64,000 nucleotides of DNA from Spirochaetia bacterium (GTDB lineage: Bacteria; Spirochaetota; Leptospiria; Turneriellales; JAOUOS01). The stretch is from contig JAOUOT010000002.1 in NCBI GenBank assembly GCA_029880265.1, positions 117,353 through 181,352 of the forward strand, written 5' to 3'. Made by a program: the position numbers and the translations under genes. Shown piece after piece: positions 46,731 to 54,817 of the stretch (position 1 is its first letter; each line of letters starts with the position of its first letter). Below the pieces are notes generated by a model. That model made no database searches, was not told the DNA's origin, and saw only the letters and a program-made list of their open reading frames with translations.

Positions 46731-49424
46731 ATGAAATGGATTCAAAAAAAAGAAATAAACTCAGATAAAAATATTCCCTGGTTTTCAAAAATCAATGATA
46801 TGACAAATGCATCAAATTCGCAGAGAGTCTATGAAAACATTGATGATCAAATCGATACCGAACCTGAAAAAGAATTTGAGCAAATCGCCCGCTGGGAAGA
46901 AAATACAAAAGAAAATATAAAAGAAAATGATTTTCGCGAAAATCAATATTTAACGGCTGACACGAAAAAAACCTCTTTTTCTACAACGCAAGAAAAAGTA
47001 AATAACAACCATGAAATTAAATATTTCCAAAATTTACCTCATTATACTCAAAATAAAAATGAAAATTTAGAGCCTAATTATCGATATGAAAATTTAAATT
47101 TTGCGAAAGAAAGTAAAGCCTTCGACAATGTTCAGGAAAATAAATCAAGCGAACTTTCGGCCTCTAAACGCATTTTAAATCATATAGAGAAAGGCCTTCA
47201 AGAGCAAAATAATTATGCGATTCATAGTCAAGAATTAACTGAACGGCTTAAAAATAAAGAGATTTTTTCAAAATCTGAGTTTGACAAATCCAATGTAACT
47301 GAAAATGAAGAATCTTATTTTTCTAAAATAAAACATAAGCATAACGAGAGATTAAATTTTAAAACTCCCTGGCTTGAGAAAACGAAAAAAGAAGAAAAAG
47401 AAAAACTATCGTGGTTAAAAAAATATGAAATTATTGAAAATGAAAACATTATTCCAGCCGATAAAATTGGCAAGATTACGGATTCTTATAAATCTTACAA
47501 TCAAAGCTCTCGCCATGAGAATAAATCAGATTGTTCTTTTCAAAAAATCAACGCTATTCCCGTTAATGACGCCGATTATTTTATCGATAATATTGAATTT
47601 TCAAAAAATTTTGATTTTGAAAATGATCCAAGTCTTACAACCCCCCTTGAAAGCGCGGGACCGTTATTAGAGAATCTCCCCGCTATTGATAAAAATGAAG
47701 ATTTTAAAGAGAACAAAAAACCTGTATTTAATGTTCCTATTATAAACGGTCTGGCAGATTCGATTCAAAAACCCAAAGTTCATATTGATGAAAATATTTT
47801 CGAAAAAGAAGAAAGCGAAAACAAAGAAGAAGATATAAATATAGGCGTAGATTATGACCAAACTAATGACAATCAACATATTCTAGAAAATGATAAAGAA
47901 GAAGAGATTAGTATTGAAAAGACTTTACCGGCAACCAAAGAAGCAAATCAAGTTAAAAATCAAAGTTCCAATTATGAAAGAGCGTCTATCACGCCCATTA
48001 TTCAACTGACCAGACAATATAATCTTCCTTTTAGTTTGTTATCAAAACAGGAAAATCTCTCAGCCGCAAGAAACAACGAAGAAACGCAATCAATAATAGA
48101 TACTCTCGAGACAACTTTGCGTCAATTTAATATTGAAGGACGCGTAGTCGGAATTCAAACCGGACCTATCATTACGAGATACGAAGTAAAAATGCCCCCT
48201 GGCGTTAAAGTAAATAAAATATTGGCCTTAACAGACGAATTGGCGATGGCGCTGGAGGCGTTAAAAGTAAGAATAGAGGCGCCAATTCCGGGAAGATCAA
48301 CGGTCGGCATAGAAATACCCAATAAAAAAAGATCTCTGGTATTGTTAGGGGATTTGATAAACAATGACTCATATAAAGAAACAAATAAGGCCCTTCCCTT
48401 GCCGATGGGAAAAGATATCGCTGGCAATCTGGTCATTGAAGATCTAAGCCGCATGCCGCATATTTTAATAGCGGGAGCCACCGGTTCGGGAAAGTCAGTC
48501 GCGGTAAATTCTTTTATTTCAAGCTTGATTTTGACAAAGAGCCCCGAAGAAGTCAGGTTTCTATTAGTGGATCCAAAACTTGTAGAACTATCGCATTATA
48601 ACGACATACCGCATCTTCTTCATCCCGTGATTACAGATTCACAAAAAGCGATTTTAGCGTTAAACTGGGCAGTAGAAGAAATGGAGAGACGATATGAAGA
48701 TCTGGCCGAATTACGCGTTAGAGATATACGCACATATAACGAAAAAATAAACGAATATCGCGAAGAGAATAAATCTGATAAAGAAAACCGTCCTTTAATG
48801 CCGTATATTGTCGTTTTAATTGACGAATTAGGCGATTTAATGCTTGTCGCGGGCAAAGAAGTTGAGGCGTCAATCATCAGACTTTCACAAAAAGCCAGAG
48901 CCGTAGGAATTCATCTTATTTTGGCCACCCAAAGACCGTCTGTAGACGTTATTACGGCTCTAATCAAGGCAAACTGCCCCGCCAGAATAGCCCTGCAGGT
49001 TGCGCAAAAAACCGATTCCAGAACTATTCTTGATTCTAACGGAGCCGAACAATTAATCGGCGCCGGAGATATGCTGTTTAAGCATCCTTCTCACACGGCC
49101 CTTTTAAGGGTACAGGCTCCTCTGGTATATGACGAAGAAGTTGACGATATCGTACAATATGTCAAAGATCTTGGCAGGCCGTCTTATATAACACTGGAAG
49201 ATCCTAAGTCAAATAACGGTTCTCTTGACATTGGCGAAGAAGACCTTTTTGAAGAAGCATGGCAAATTATTATTGAAAGTCAAAAAGCATCAGCAAGCTA
49301 TCTGCAAAGACGACTTCGCATAGGATACAACAGAGCTGCCAGAATTATTGAAGCGATGGAAGCAAGGGGATATATTGGGCCCCAGATAGGCTCAAAACCA
49401 AGAGAAATTTTATTAAATCCATAA
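46731..49424 (+). CDS. ftsK: DNA translocase FtsK/SpoIIIE family (motor plus gamma domain; no N-terminal TM region seen)
   Basis: Walker A is GATGSGKSV and Walker B is VVLIDELGDLM. ILATQRPSVDVIT is present, as is the gamma winged helix ASYLQRRLRIGYNRAARIIEAMEARGYIGP. The first ~420 aa are polar and low-complexity. Confidence 0.9.
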   Translation: MKWIQKKEINSDKNIPWFSKINDMTNASNSQRVYENIDDQIDTEPEKEFEQIARWEENTKENIKENDFRENQYLTADTKKTSFSTTQEKVNNNHEIKYFQNLPHYTQNKNENLEPNYRYENLNFAKESKAFDNVQENKSSELSASKRILNHIEKGLQEQNNYAIHSQELTERLKNKEIFSKSEFDKSNVTENEESYFSKIKHKHNERLNFKTPWLEKTKKEEKEKLSWLKKYEIIENENIIPADKIGKITDSYKSYNQSSRHENKSDCSFQKINAIPVNDADYFIDNIEFSKNFDFENDPSLTTPLESAGPLLENLPAIDKNEDFKENKKPVFNVPIINGLADSIQKPKVHIDENIFEKEESENKEEDINIGVDYDQTNDNQHILENDKEEEISIEKTLPATKEANQVKNQSSNYERASITPIIQLTRQYNLPFSLLSKQENLSAARNNEETQSIIDTLETTLRQFNIEGRVVGIQTGPIITRYEVKMPPGVKVNKILALTDELAMALEALKVRIEAPIPGRSTVGIEIPNKKRSLVLLGDLINNDSYKETNKALPLPMGKDIAGNLVIEDLSRMPHILIAGATGSGKSVAVNSFISSLILTKSPEEVRFLLVDPKLVELSHYNDIPHLLHPVITDSQKAILALNWAVEEMERRYEDLAELRVRDIRTYNEKINEYREENKSDKENRPLMPYIVVLIDELGDLMLVAGKEVEASIIRLSQKARAVGIHLILATQRPSVDVITALIKANCPARIALQVAQKTDSRTILDSNGAEQLIGAGDMLFKHPSHTALLRVQAPLVYDEEVDDIVQYVKDLGRPSYITLEDPKSNNGSLDIGEEDLFEEAWQIIIESQKASASYLQRRLRIGYNRAARIIEAMEARGYIGPQIGSKPREILLNP

Positions 49425-49810
49425 CATTGAAACGTTTTCTATCTATTCAAAAAAAATGAGCATATTTTTTTATTTTTTTTTATGGCGCTTATTTAAAATT
49501 ATTTTTTCAAAAAAAGGTTGACACAATAACTCTTCATGTTGCCTTGTTTGGTTTCATATAGAAACTGTTAATAAGGGTTTTTATGCAATTAACCTTGAGC
49601 CGAATAACTATTCAAATAAAACGAGTATGTAACCTAATGTATCTTAGCAAAAGCGAGATAAGAAAATGAATAATTGTTTAATTAAGCGTTCAAGGGCATA
49701 AGCAATTCTTAATAACGAATGTCGGTTAAAGTATAAACGGCAAGTTTCTAAAATCTGAACTCAAATTATATAGAGTTTAGATAATGAAACCAAAAACTAA
49801 GGAGAAAAGA

Positions 49811-51415
49811 ATGAAGAAAACTTTGAAGTTCTTAACGCCTATGCTAGCGGCATCATTTATGTTTTGCGGCGGCGGTGGTGGTAAAGATGTGCCTGCAGGA
49901 GCAGAACTTACTGAAGCCGAATTTCAAGAAGCAAACACCGTATATTTTCAAAGATGCGGCGGATGCCATGGTACTTTGAGAAAAGGCGCTACCGGTAAGC
50001 CTCTTACTCCCGATAAAACCATTGAAAAAAGCATAGAAAAACTGACAAATATTATCGCAAAAGGTACCGATGGGGGTATGCCTGGGCTAGCTACTACCGG
50101 TGAAATAACCGAAAAACAAGCAAATTTGCTGGCAAAGTATATCCAGAACAAGCCGGTTGCTCCGCCTGAATATAACATGAAAGACGTAAAAGCAACCTGG
50201 AAACTACATGTGCCATTAGAAAAAAGACCTAAAAAGGTTATGCACAAGAGAAATCTTGATAATATGTTTGCGGTGATTTTAAGAGACGCGGGTCAAATCG
50301 GTATTATTGACGGAGACACAAAAGAAATGTTTTCAGTCATTGATTCAGGATATGCCGTACACACTCTTAGATATTCTGCTTCAGGTCGATATCTTTATAC
50401 AATCGGACGTGATGCTAAAGCGACTATCGTAGACCTTTGGATGGATCCTCCGGCATTGGTTGCTGAAGTAAAAACAGGTATTGAAGCAAGATCAATTGAT
50501 AGTAGTAAATACAAAGGTTTTGAAGATAAGTATGCGGTTGTCGGAAATTACTGGCCGCCAAACTACGTAATGCTTGATGGATTAACGCTTGAACCATTAA
50601 AAATTGTTGGTACAAGAGGTTATACTTATGACACCAATGAGTATCATCAAGAGCCTAGAGTTGCTTCAATTGTAGCTTCGCATCACAACCCTGAATGGGT
50701 ATTGAATGTAAAAGAAGCTGGTATCGTATTACTAGTTGACTACAGTAAACTAGCTCAAGGCACTGTTACTGAGACAAGAATCAACGCAGAAAGATTTCTT
50801 CATGACGGCGGTTGGGATCATACCAAAAGGTATTTTCTTGTTGCCGCGAACATGAGAGATAAAATGGTTGTGATTGATACGAAACTAAGAACACGCGCAG
50901 CTATTGTGAAAACCGGAGTTAAACCTCACCCTGGTAGAGGCGCTAACTTTAAAGATCCTAAATATGGCTGGGTATACGCTACTCCACACTTAGGCGAGCC
51001 GAATGTAGCCCTAATAGGTACTGATCCTGGTCCAAACCAGTGGAAAGTTGTAAGAACTCTAAAGCCTGCGGGCGACGGAGGATTATTTCTTAAAACGCAT
51101 CCAAAATCAAAAAATCTTTGGGTAGACCATCCGCTTGCTAAAGATAATAAAATTCATAGAAGCGTATCAGTATTCAATATAAACGACCTTGACGCTCCGC
51201 CAAAAGTTATTGAACTTGGCGATAGGGGCCGAATTGTTCACTTTGAATACAATAAAGCCGGGGATGAAGTTTGGATCGCTCTTTGGGATAAAAAAGGCGA
51301 AATGATTATAATGGACGATAAAACATTAAAAGAAAAAGCCAGAATTAAAGATCCTAAAATGGTTACTCCTACAGGTAAATTTAACGTATTTAATACAATG
51401 CGTGATATCTACTAA
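49811..51415 (+). CDS. nirS: cytochrome cd1 nitrite reductase
   Basis: The haem c site is FQRCGGCHG. The d1 propeller strings are RYSASGRYLYTIGRD, YWPPNYVMLDG, EPRVASIVASH, AERFLHDGGWD, PHPGRGANF and VTPTGKFNVFNTMRDIY. These parallel Pseudomonas/Paracoccus NirS along the full length. I prefer the ATG at 49811 (AAGGAG 6 nt upstream) over the ORF-track start at 49784. Confidence 0.9.
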   Translation: MKKTLKFLTPMLAASFMFCGGGGGKDVPAGAELTEAEFQEANTVYFQRCGGCHGTLRKGATGKPLTPDKTIEKSIEKLTNIIAKGTDGGMPGLATTGEITEKQANLLAKYIQNKPVAPPEYNMKDVKATWKLHVPLEKRPKKVMHKRNLDNMFAVILRDAGQIGIIDGDTKEMFSVIDSGYAVHTLRYSASGRYLYTIGRDAKATIVDLWMDPPALVAEVKTGIEARSIDSSKYKGFEDKYAVVGNYWPPNYVMLDGLTLEPLKIVGTRGYTYDTNEYHQEPRVASIVASHHNPEWVLNVKEAGIVLLVDYSKLAQGTVTETRINAERFLHDGGWDHTKRYFLVAANMRDKMVVIDTKLRTRAAIVKTGVKPHPGRGANFKDPKYGWVYATPHLGEPNVALIGTDPGPNQWKVVRTLKPAGDGGLFLKTHPKSKNLWVDHPLAKDNKIHRSVSVFNINDLDAPPKVIELGDRGRIVHFEYNKAGDEVWIALWDKKGEMIIMDDKTLKEKARIKDPKMVTPTGKFNVFNTMRDIY

Positions 51416-51424
51416 GAGTAAACT

Positions 51425-51459
51425 AAAAAAGAGGGAGTTCTATACTCCCTCTTTTTTTA
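51425..51459 (+). terminator. rho-independent terminator after nirS
   Basis: The stem agagggag/ctccctct with a 7-nt loop is preceded by A6 and followed by T7. Confidence 0.8.
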
Positions 51460-51527
51460 TTTATAATTAATAAATCAAAAAGCTTAAAATTACACATCTA
51501 TAAAATATTTTAATTAAGGAGAAAGTG

Positions 51528-51950
51528 ATGAGAAGAACGATAGGAATAATAATACCAATCATGATGATTATGGGATTAATATATTGCGGCGAAGATAGAG
51601 TATTGCCAGAAGCTCCCGCGGAATATAAAAGCAAAAAAAATCCCATTGCAGAATCTGCTGACGCTATAGCGGCCGGCGAAGCTATTTATAAAAAGAAATG
51701 CGAAAAATGTCACGGTAACAGTGGTGACGGAAAAGGCAAAAATGCTGAAAATCTTGAAAATAAACCCATAGATTTAACCAAACCGGGATACATGGCAGGA
51801 AGATCAGACGGGCAGCTTTTCTGGTTTATAGTAACCGGCGGCAAAAAAGGAAATGAAATGGACGGGTACGGTCCGGGCACTAGCGATAACCTTTCAGAAG
51901 AAGATATTTGGAAAAGTATTTTATACTTAAGAAAAAACTTCACAAAATAA
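51528..51950 (+). CDS. small class I c-type cytochrome (NirM/NirC-like candidate electron donor)
   Basis: About 140 aa, with a signal peptide containing a Cys (MGLIYCG), the haem site CEKCHG and a distal Met region (GNEMDGYG). AAGGAG lies 6 nt before the ATG at 51528; the ORF track starts one codon earlier at a GTG. Confidence 0.8.
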   Translation: MRRTIGIIIPIMMIMGLIYCGEDRVLPEAPAEYKSKKNPIAESADAIAAGEAIYKKKCEKCHGNSGDGKGKNAENLENKPIDLTKPGYMAGRSDGQLFWFIVTGGKKGNEMDGYGPGTSDNLSEEDIWKSILYLRKNFTK

Positions 51951-51977
51951 ACATAGGAATATTTTTCAACACCATAT

Positions 51978-52006
51978 AAGGGAGGCCTATTCAGCCTCCC
52001 TTTTTA
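51978..52006 (+). terminator. rho-independent terminator after the cytochrome c gene
   Basis: The stem gggaggc/gcctccc with a 7-nt loop is followed by T5. Confidence 0.75.
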
Positions 52007-52026
52007 TTAAAACACCGTAAATATTT

Positions 52027-53466
52027 ATGAGAACAAATAAAAAAAGATTTAACATCAAAGGACATTTTTATATTTCAATATTTCTTTTAATCTCAGTTAA
52101 TTTCAACTGTAAAGAACAAGAGAATTCAAAAATATTATATTTAACCCATTGCTCGCCTTGTCATCATCCTGAGCGTTTTGGAATTTCGGCTCCGCCTTTG
52201 ATTCCTGAAACCTTAAAGCGAAAAAAAGATGGGGAGCTAAAAGAAATTATAAAAGACGGCCTCACGGCAACCAATATGCAGCCTTTTCGCGAAAAACTAA
52301 GCGACACTGATATTGAATCTATAATAAATTATATTCGTCAACCTGCGGGCGATATAAAATGGGATATAAACAATATTAGGCTGTCTAAAAATATTCCCAA
52401 AAAAAAGGGATTAAAAATCAAACCAGTATTAGACCTTATGAATTTATTTATGATTGTAGAAGGCGGCAAGGGTCTAGTGCATTTTATGAATGGAGATAAT
52501 TTTAATTTGCTTGATAATGTCTACGTGGGTCCCATTCATGGAGGACCCAAATTCGATAAAGAAATGAAATACGCTTATATGGGAAGCCGTTCGGGCTGGC
52601 TGGTAAAATATTCGTTAGAAGACTGGAAAGATGCCGGCAGAATACGTGCAGGCGTTAATATGCGAAATATCGCAATTTCTCCAGACGGTTCTCTTTTAGC
52701 CGCAGCCAACAGCCTTCCTGAAAATATCGTCATTATTGATTCGAAGACATTAGACCCTATTAAGGTGATTGAAGCAAAAGGAAAACCCTCGGCTGTATAC
52801 TCGCTTAAAAACGGCGAGGCGTTTATCGTATGTTTTCGAAATAATAAAGAATTATGGTTCATTAATTATTCTGATTTATCCATTGAAAAAATTACCGTAG
52901 ACCAGCCATTTTCAGATTTTTTTATCGGTCCTGACGAAAGATATTTTATCGGAGCCGCAAGAAACGCAAAACATATCAGTATATTTGATATTCAGTCTAA
53001 GAAGATTGTTAAAAGTATTGAAACAAAAGGCATGCCCCATTTGGCCTCGGCGGCTCTATGGAAGCAAGGTAAAAAATATCTTGCCGCTTTTCCGCATATT
53101 GGAACTCCTTTTTTAACAATTGTCGATATTGATACATGGAAAATTGAAAAATCTATTAAATTAAAAGGCTCTGGTTTTTTTGCGAGAACTCATCATAATA
53201 TTAAACATATATGGGCCGATTCAAACACCAATACCATACAACTTATAGATAAAAAAACAATGGAAATAACAAACGAAGTAACGCCTGATACGGGAAAAAA
53301 AGCAATGCATATTGAATTTACAAAGAATGGAGAATATGCCCTTGTTTCATTATGGGATAAAGACGGAGCAGTTGTCTTTTATGATACTAAAACCCTAACC
53401 GAAAAGTTGCGACTTCCCTTCATTAAACCAGTAGGAAAATATAACGCTACCAATAAAAAATATTAA
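52027..53466 (+). CDS. cytochrome c plus cd1-type beta-propeller protein (NirN/NirF-like, haem d1 maturation candidate)
   Basis: 479 aa. The N-terminal haem c site is CSPCHH, with ATNMQPF as the Met ligand region. A propeller of NirS/NirN/NirF type follows (HGGPKFD, YALVSLWDKDGAVVFYDTKTL, VGKYNATN). The length and c-haem favour NirN. Confidence 0.65.
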   Translation: MRTNKKRFNIKGHFYISIFLLISVNFNCKEQENSKILYLTHCSPCHHPERFGISAPPLIPETLKRKKDGELKEIIKDGLTATNMQPFREKLSDTDIESIINYIRQPAGDIKWDINNIRLSKNIPKKKGLKIKPVLDLMNLFMIVEGGKGLVHFMNGDNFNLLDNVYVGPIHGGPKFDKEMKYAYMGSRSGWLVKYSLEDWKDAGRIRAGVNMRNIAISPDGSLLAAANSLPENIVIIDSKTLDPIKVIEAKGKPSAVYSLKNGEAFIVCFRNNKELWFINYSDLSIEKITVDQPFSDFFIGPDERYFIGAARNAKHISIFDIQSKKIVKSIETKGMPHLASAALWKQGKKYLAAFPHIGTPFLTIVDIDTWKIEKSIKLKGSGFFARTHHNIKHIWADSNTNTIQLIDKKTMEITNEVTPDTGKKAMHIEFTKNGEYALVSLWDKDGAVVFYDTKTLTEKLRLPFIKPVGKYNATNKKY

Positions 53467-53497
53467 CTGCTTTATTGAACCGGGTTCAATAAAGCAG
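53467..53497. terminator. shared hairpin between the convergent nirN-like gene and the flagellar operon
   Basis: A near-perfect 15-bp inverted repeat (ctgctttattgaacc g ggttcaataaagcag) starts 1 nt after the plus-strand stop. It covers the minus-strand stop codon. On the minus strand a T-rich tail follows (ttaatatttttt). Confidence 0.55.
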
Positions 53498-54149
53498 CGT
53501 TATTCTCGCTCATTGATTCAAGTTTTTTCTCAATATCGACGTCGATGTTATTATTTTGCTCGATAGGCGGCAAAAGCATTTTTCTGCTTATTTCTGCTCT
53601 CCTTTTCGGCTCAAACAATGTTAATAGATATGAAACGATCGATTGCCTTCCCTCTAATTCGGCGGTTTTATCCATTTGTCTGAAAACTTCAATAATATCA
53701 AAATCGCGCCAGTCTTCCATCATTTCTTTTGCTTTTTCGGGGGGCATGCTTGCTACTTTTTGCGCCATATCTTCGATTCTTTTATTTCTGTATTCCCAAT
53801 CTTTTTTTTGCATTAAAAAATTTTTCTGTTCTTCAAGCATACTTACGGCATATTCGTTCAATATTTTTTTATCTCGTTTATAACCGGCTATTTTTTGCTC
53901 GAATTCTACTTCTTTTGCGGCAAGCTTTTCTTCTCTTTCTGCAAGCATTTCTTCCCATTTGTTATAGCTTACTTTTTCTACTATAGACGGGTTTTCTTTA
54001 TCTTCCAGCACCGGGGGGTTTTTCGGAGCCAGAAATGGGATATAAGACGATACTTGGGTAATTCCCATATTATCTAATACAAATACAAATATCCCCGAAA
54101 AAAAGAATATCGTTAAAATCAGTAAAAAAACTGTTTTTCGTTCTGTCAT
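53472..54149 (-). CDS. FlbB / MotE-like flagellar protein (MgtE_N-like)
   Basis: 225 aa with an N-terminal TM and a coiled coil. The C-terminal string is PPEKAKEMMEDWRDFDIIEVFRQMDKTAELEGRQSIVSYLLTLFEPKRRAEISRKM. It lies after fliJ as in spirochaete flgB operons, with AAGGAG 9 nt upstream. Confidence 0.45.
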   Translation of the reverse strand: MTERKTVFLLILTIFFFSGIFVFVLDNMGITQVSSYIPFLAPKNPPVLEDKENPSIVEKVSYNKWEEMLAEREEKLAAKEVEFEQKIAGYKRDKKILNEYAVSMLEEQKNFLMQKKDWEYRNKRIEDMAQKVASMPPEKAKEMMEDWRDFDIIEVFRQMDKTAELEGRQSIVSYLLTLFEPKRRAEISRKMLLPPIEQNNNIDVDIEKKLESMSENNAALLNPVQ

Positions 54150-54174
54150 AATTAATACTCCTTATTATTTATTC

Positions 54175-54354
54175 TTATGCCGGAATATTCTTTTTTATTT
54201 TTGTTAAAATCAGGCACAATTTATCCAGTTCCCGTTCTAATTTAAATATTTTTTTTCTTATCAAATGATATTTAATTTTTATCTGATACGTTTTTTTTAT
54301 ATATGAACTCTTTATGTCCCATATTTTCTTCGTCTTCTTTATTTTCATCAACAT
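54175..54354 (-). CDS. small basic hypothetical ORF (59 aa) between fliJ and the FlbB-like gene
   Basis: Below the ORF-track cutoff and translated by hand: MLMKIKKTKKIWDIKSSYIKKTYQIKIKYHLIRKKIFKLERELDKLCLILTKIKKNIPA. It starts 5 nt after the fliJ stop and is co-directional with the operon. It may simply be an AT-rich chance ORF. Confidence 0.25.
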   Translation of the reverse strand: MLMKIKKTKKIWDIKSSYIKKTYQIKIKYHLIRKKIFKLERELDKLCLILTKIKKNIPA

Positions 54355-54359
54355 ACTTC

Positions 54360-54809
54360 CTAAACCTCCATCGCCTTTTTGTTTCTTACAAACTGCTCGT
54401 CTAAAAACTTAATTTCTTCGCGGGCTATTTCATATTTATATTCTCTTTCTTTTTTTTCTTTAATAATTTCTATTACCCTTTTTTTCTTTCGCGTTTCAAT
54501 TACTTTTTCCCTTTTTCTTTGAAGAATTGGTTCTATTTCAATATATCTTCTTTCTGCAATATTTTTCTTCTTTTTCAACATGTTTAAATACAAAGAAGCC
54601 ATTTTTTGAAATTTTGCGTCATATTGCCCCATTCTTAATTTATCGGCTTCATTATATGAAATTCGAGTTGATTCAATGTTATATTGCCTTATATGATTAT
54701 TTATTTTTTCTACTTCGCTTACAGTTTTTGATAAATCAGTCAAGGCGGTTTTCTCTTCTAATTCTTTTAATTTCAAAAAACTCTCTAATTTAAACTTAAA
54801 TTTCTTCAT
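54360..54809 (-). CDS. fliJ: flagellar export chaperone FliJ
   Basis: 149 aa and all coiled coil. The N-terminus is FKFKLESFLKLKELEEK, and the gene lies immediately after fliI. Confidence 0.7.
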   Translation of the reverse strand: MKKFKFKLESFLKLKELEEKTALTDLSKTVSEVEKINNHIRQYNIESTRISYNEADKLRMGQYDAKFQKMASLYLNMLKKKKNIAERRYIEIEPILQRKREKVIETRKKKRVIEIIKEKKEREYKYEIAREEIKFLDEQFVRNKKAMEV

Positions 54810-54817
54810 TATAATTG

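Noticed and set aside
49425-49783. Search for an FNR/Dnr/NnrR box (TTGAT-N4-ATCAA) or other obvious regulator site upstream of nirS
   Set aside because: I found no match with correct spacing. There is only a TTGACA hexamer (49519-49524) without a good -10 at 17 bp, and a small palindrome gtttc-atata-gaaac (49549-49563). I cannot support a regulatory call.
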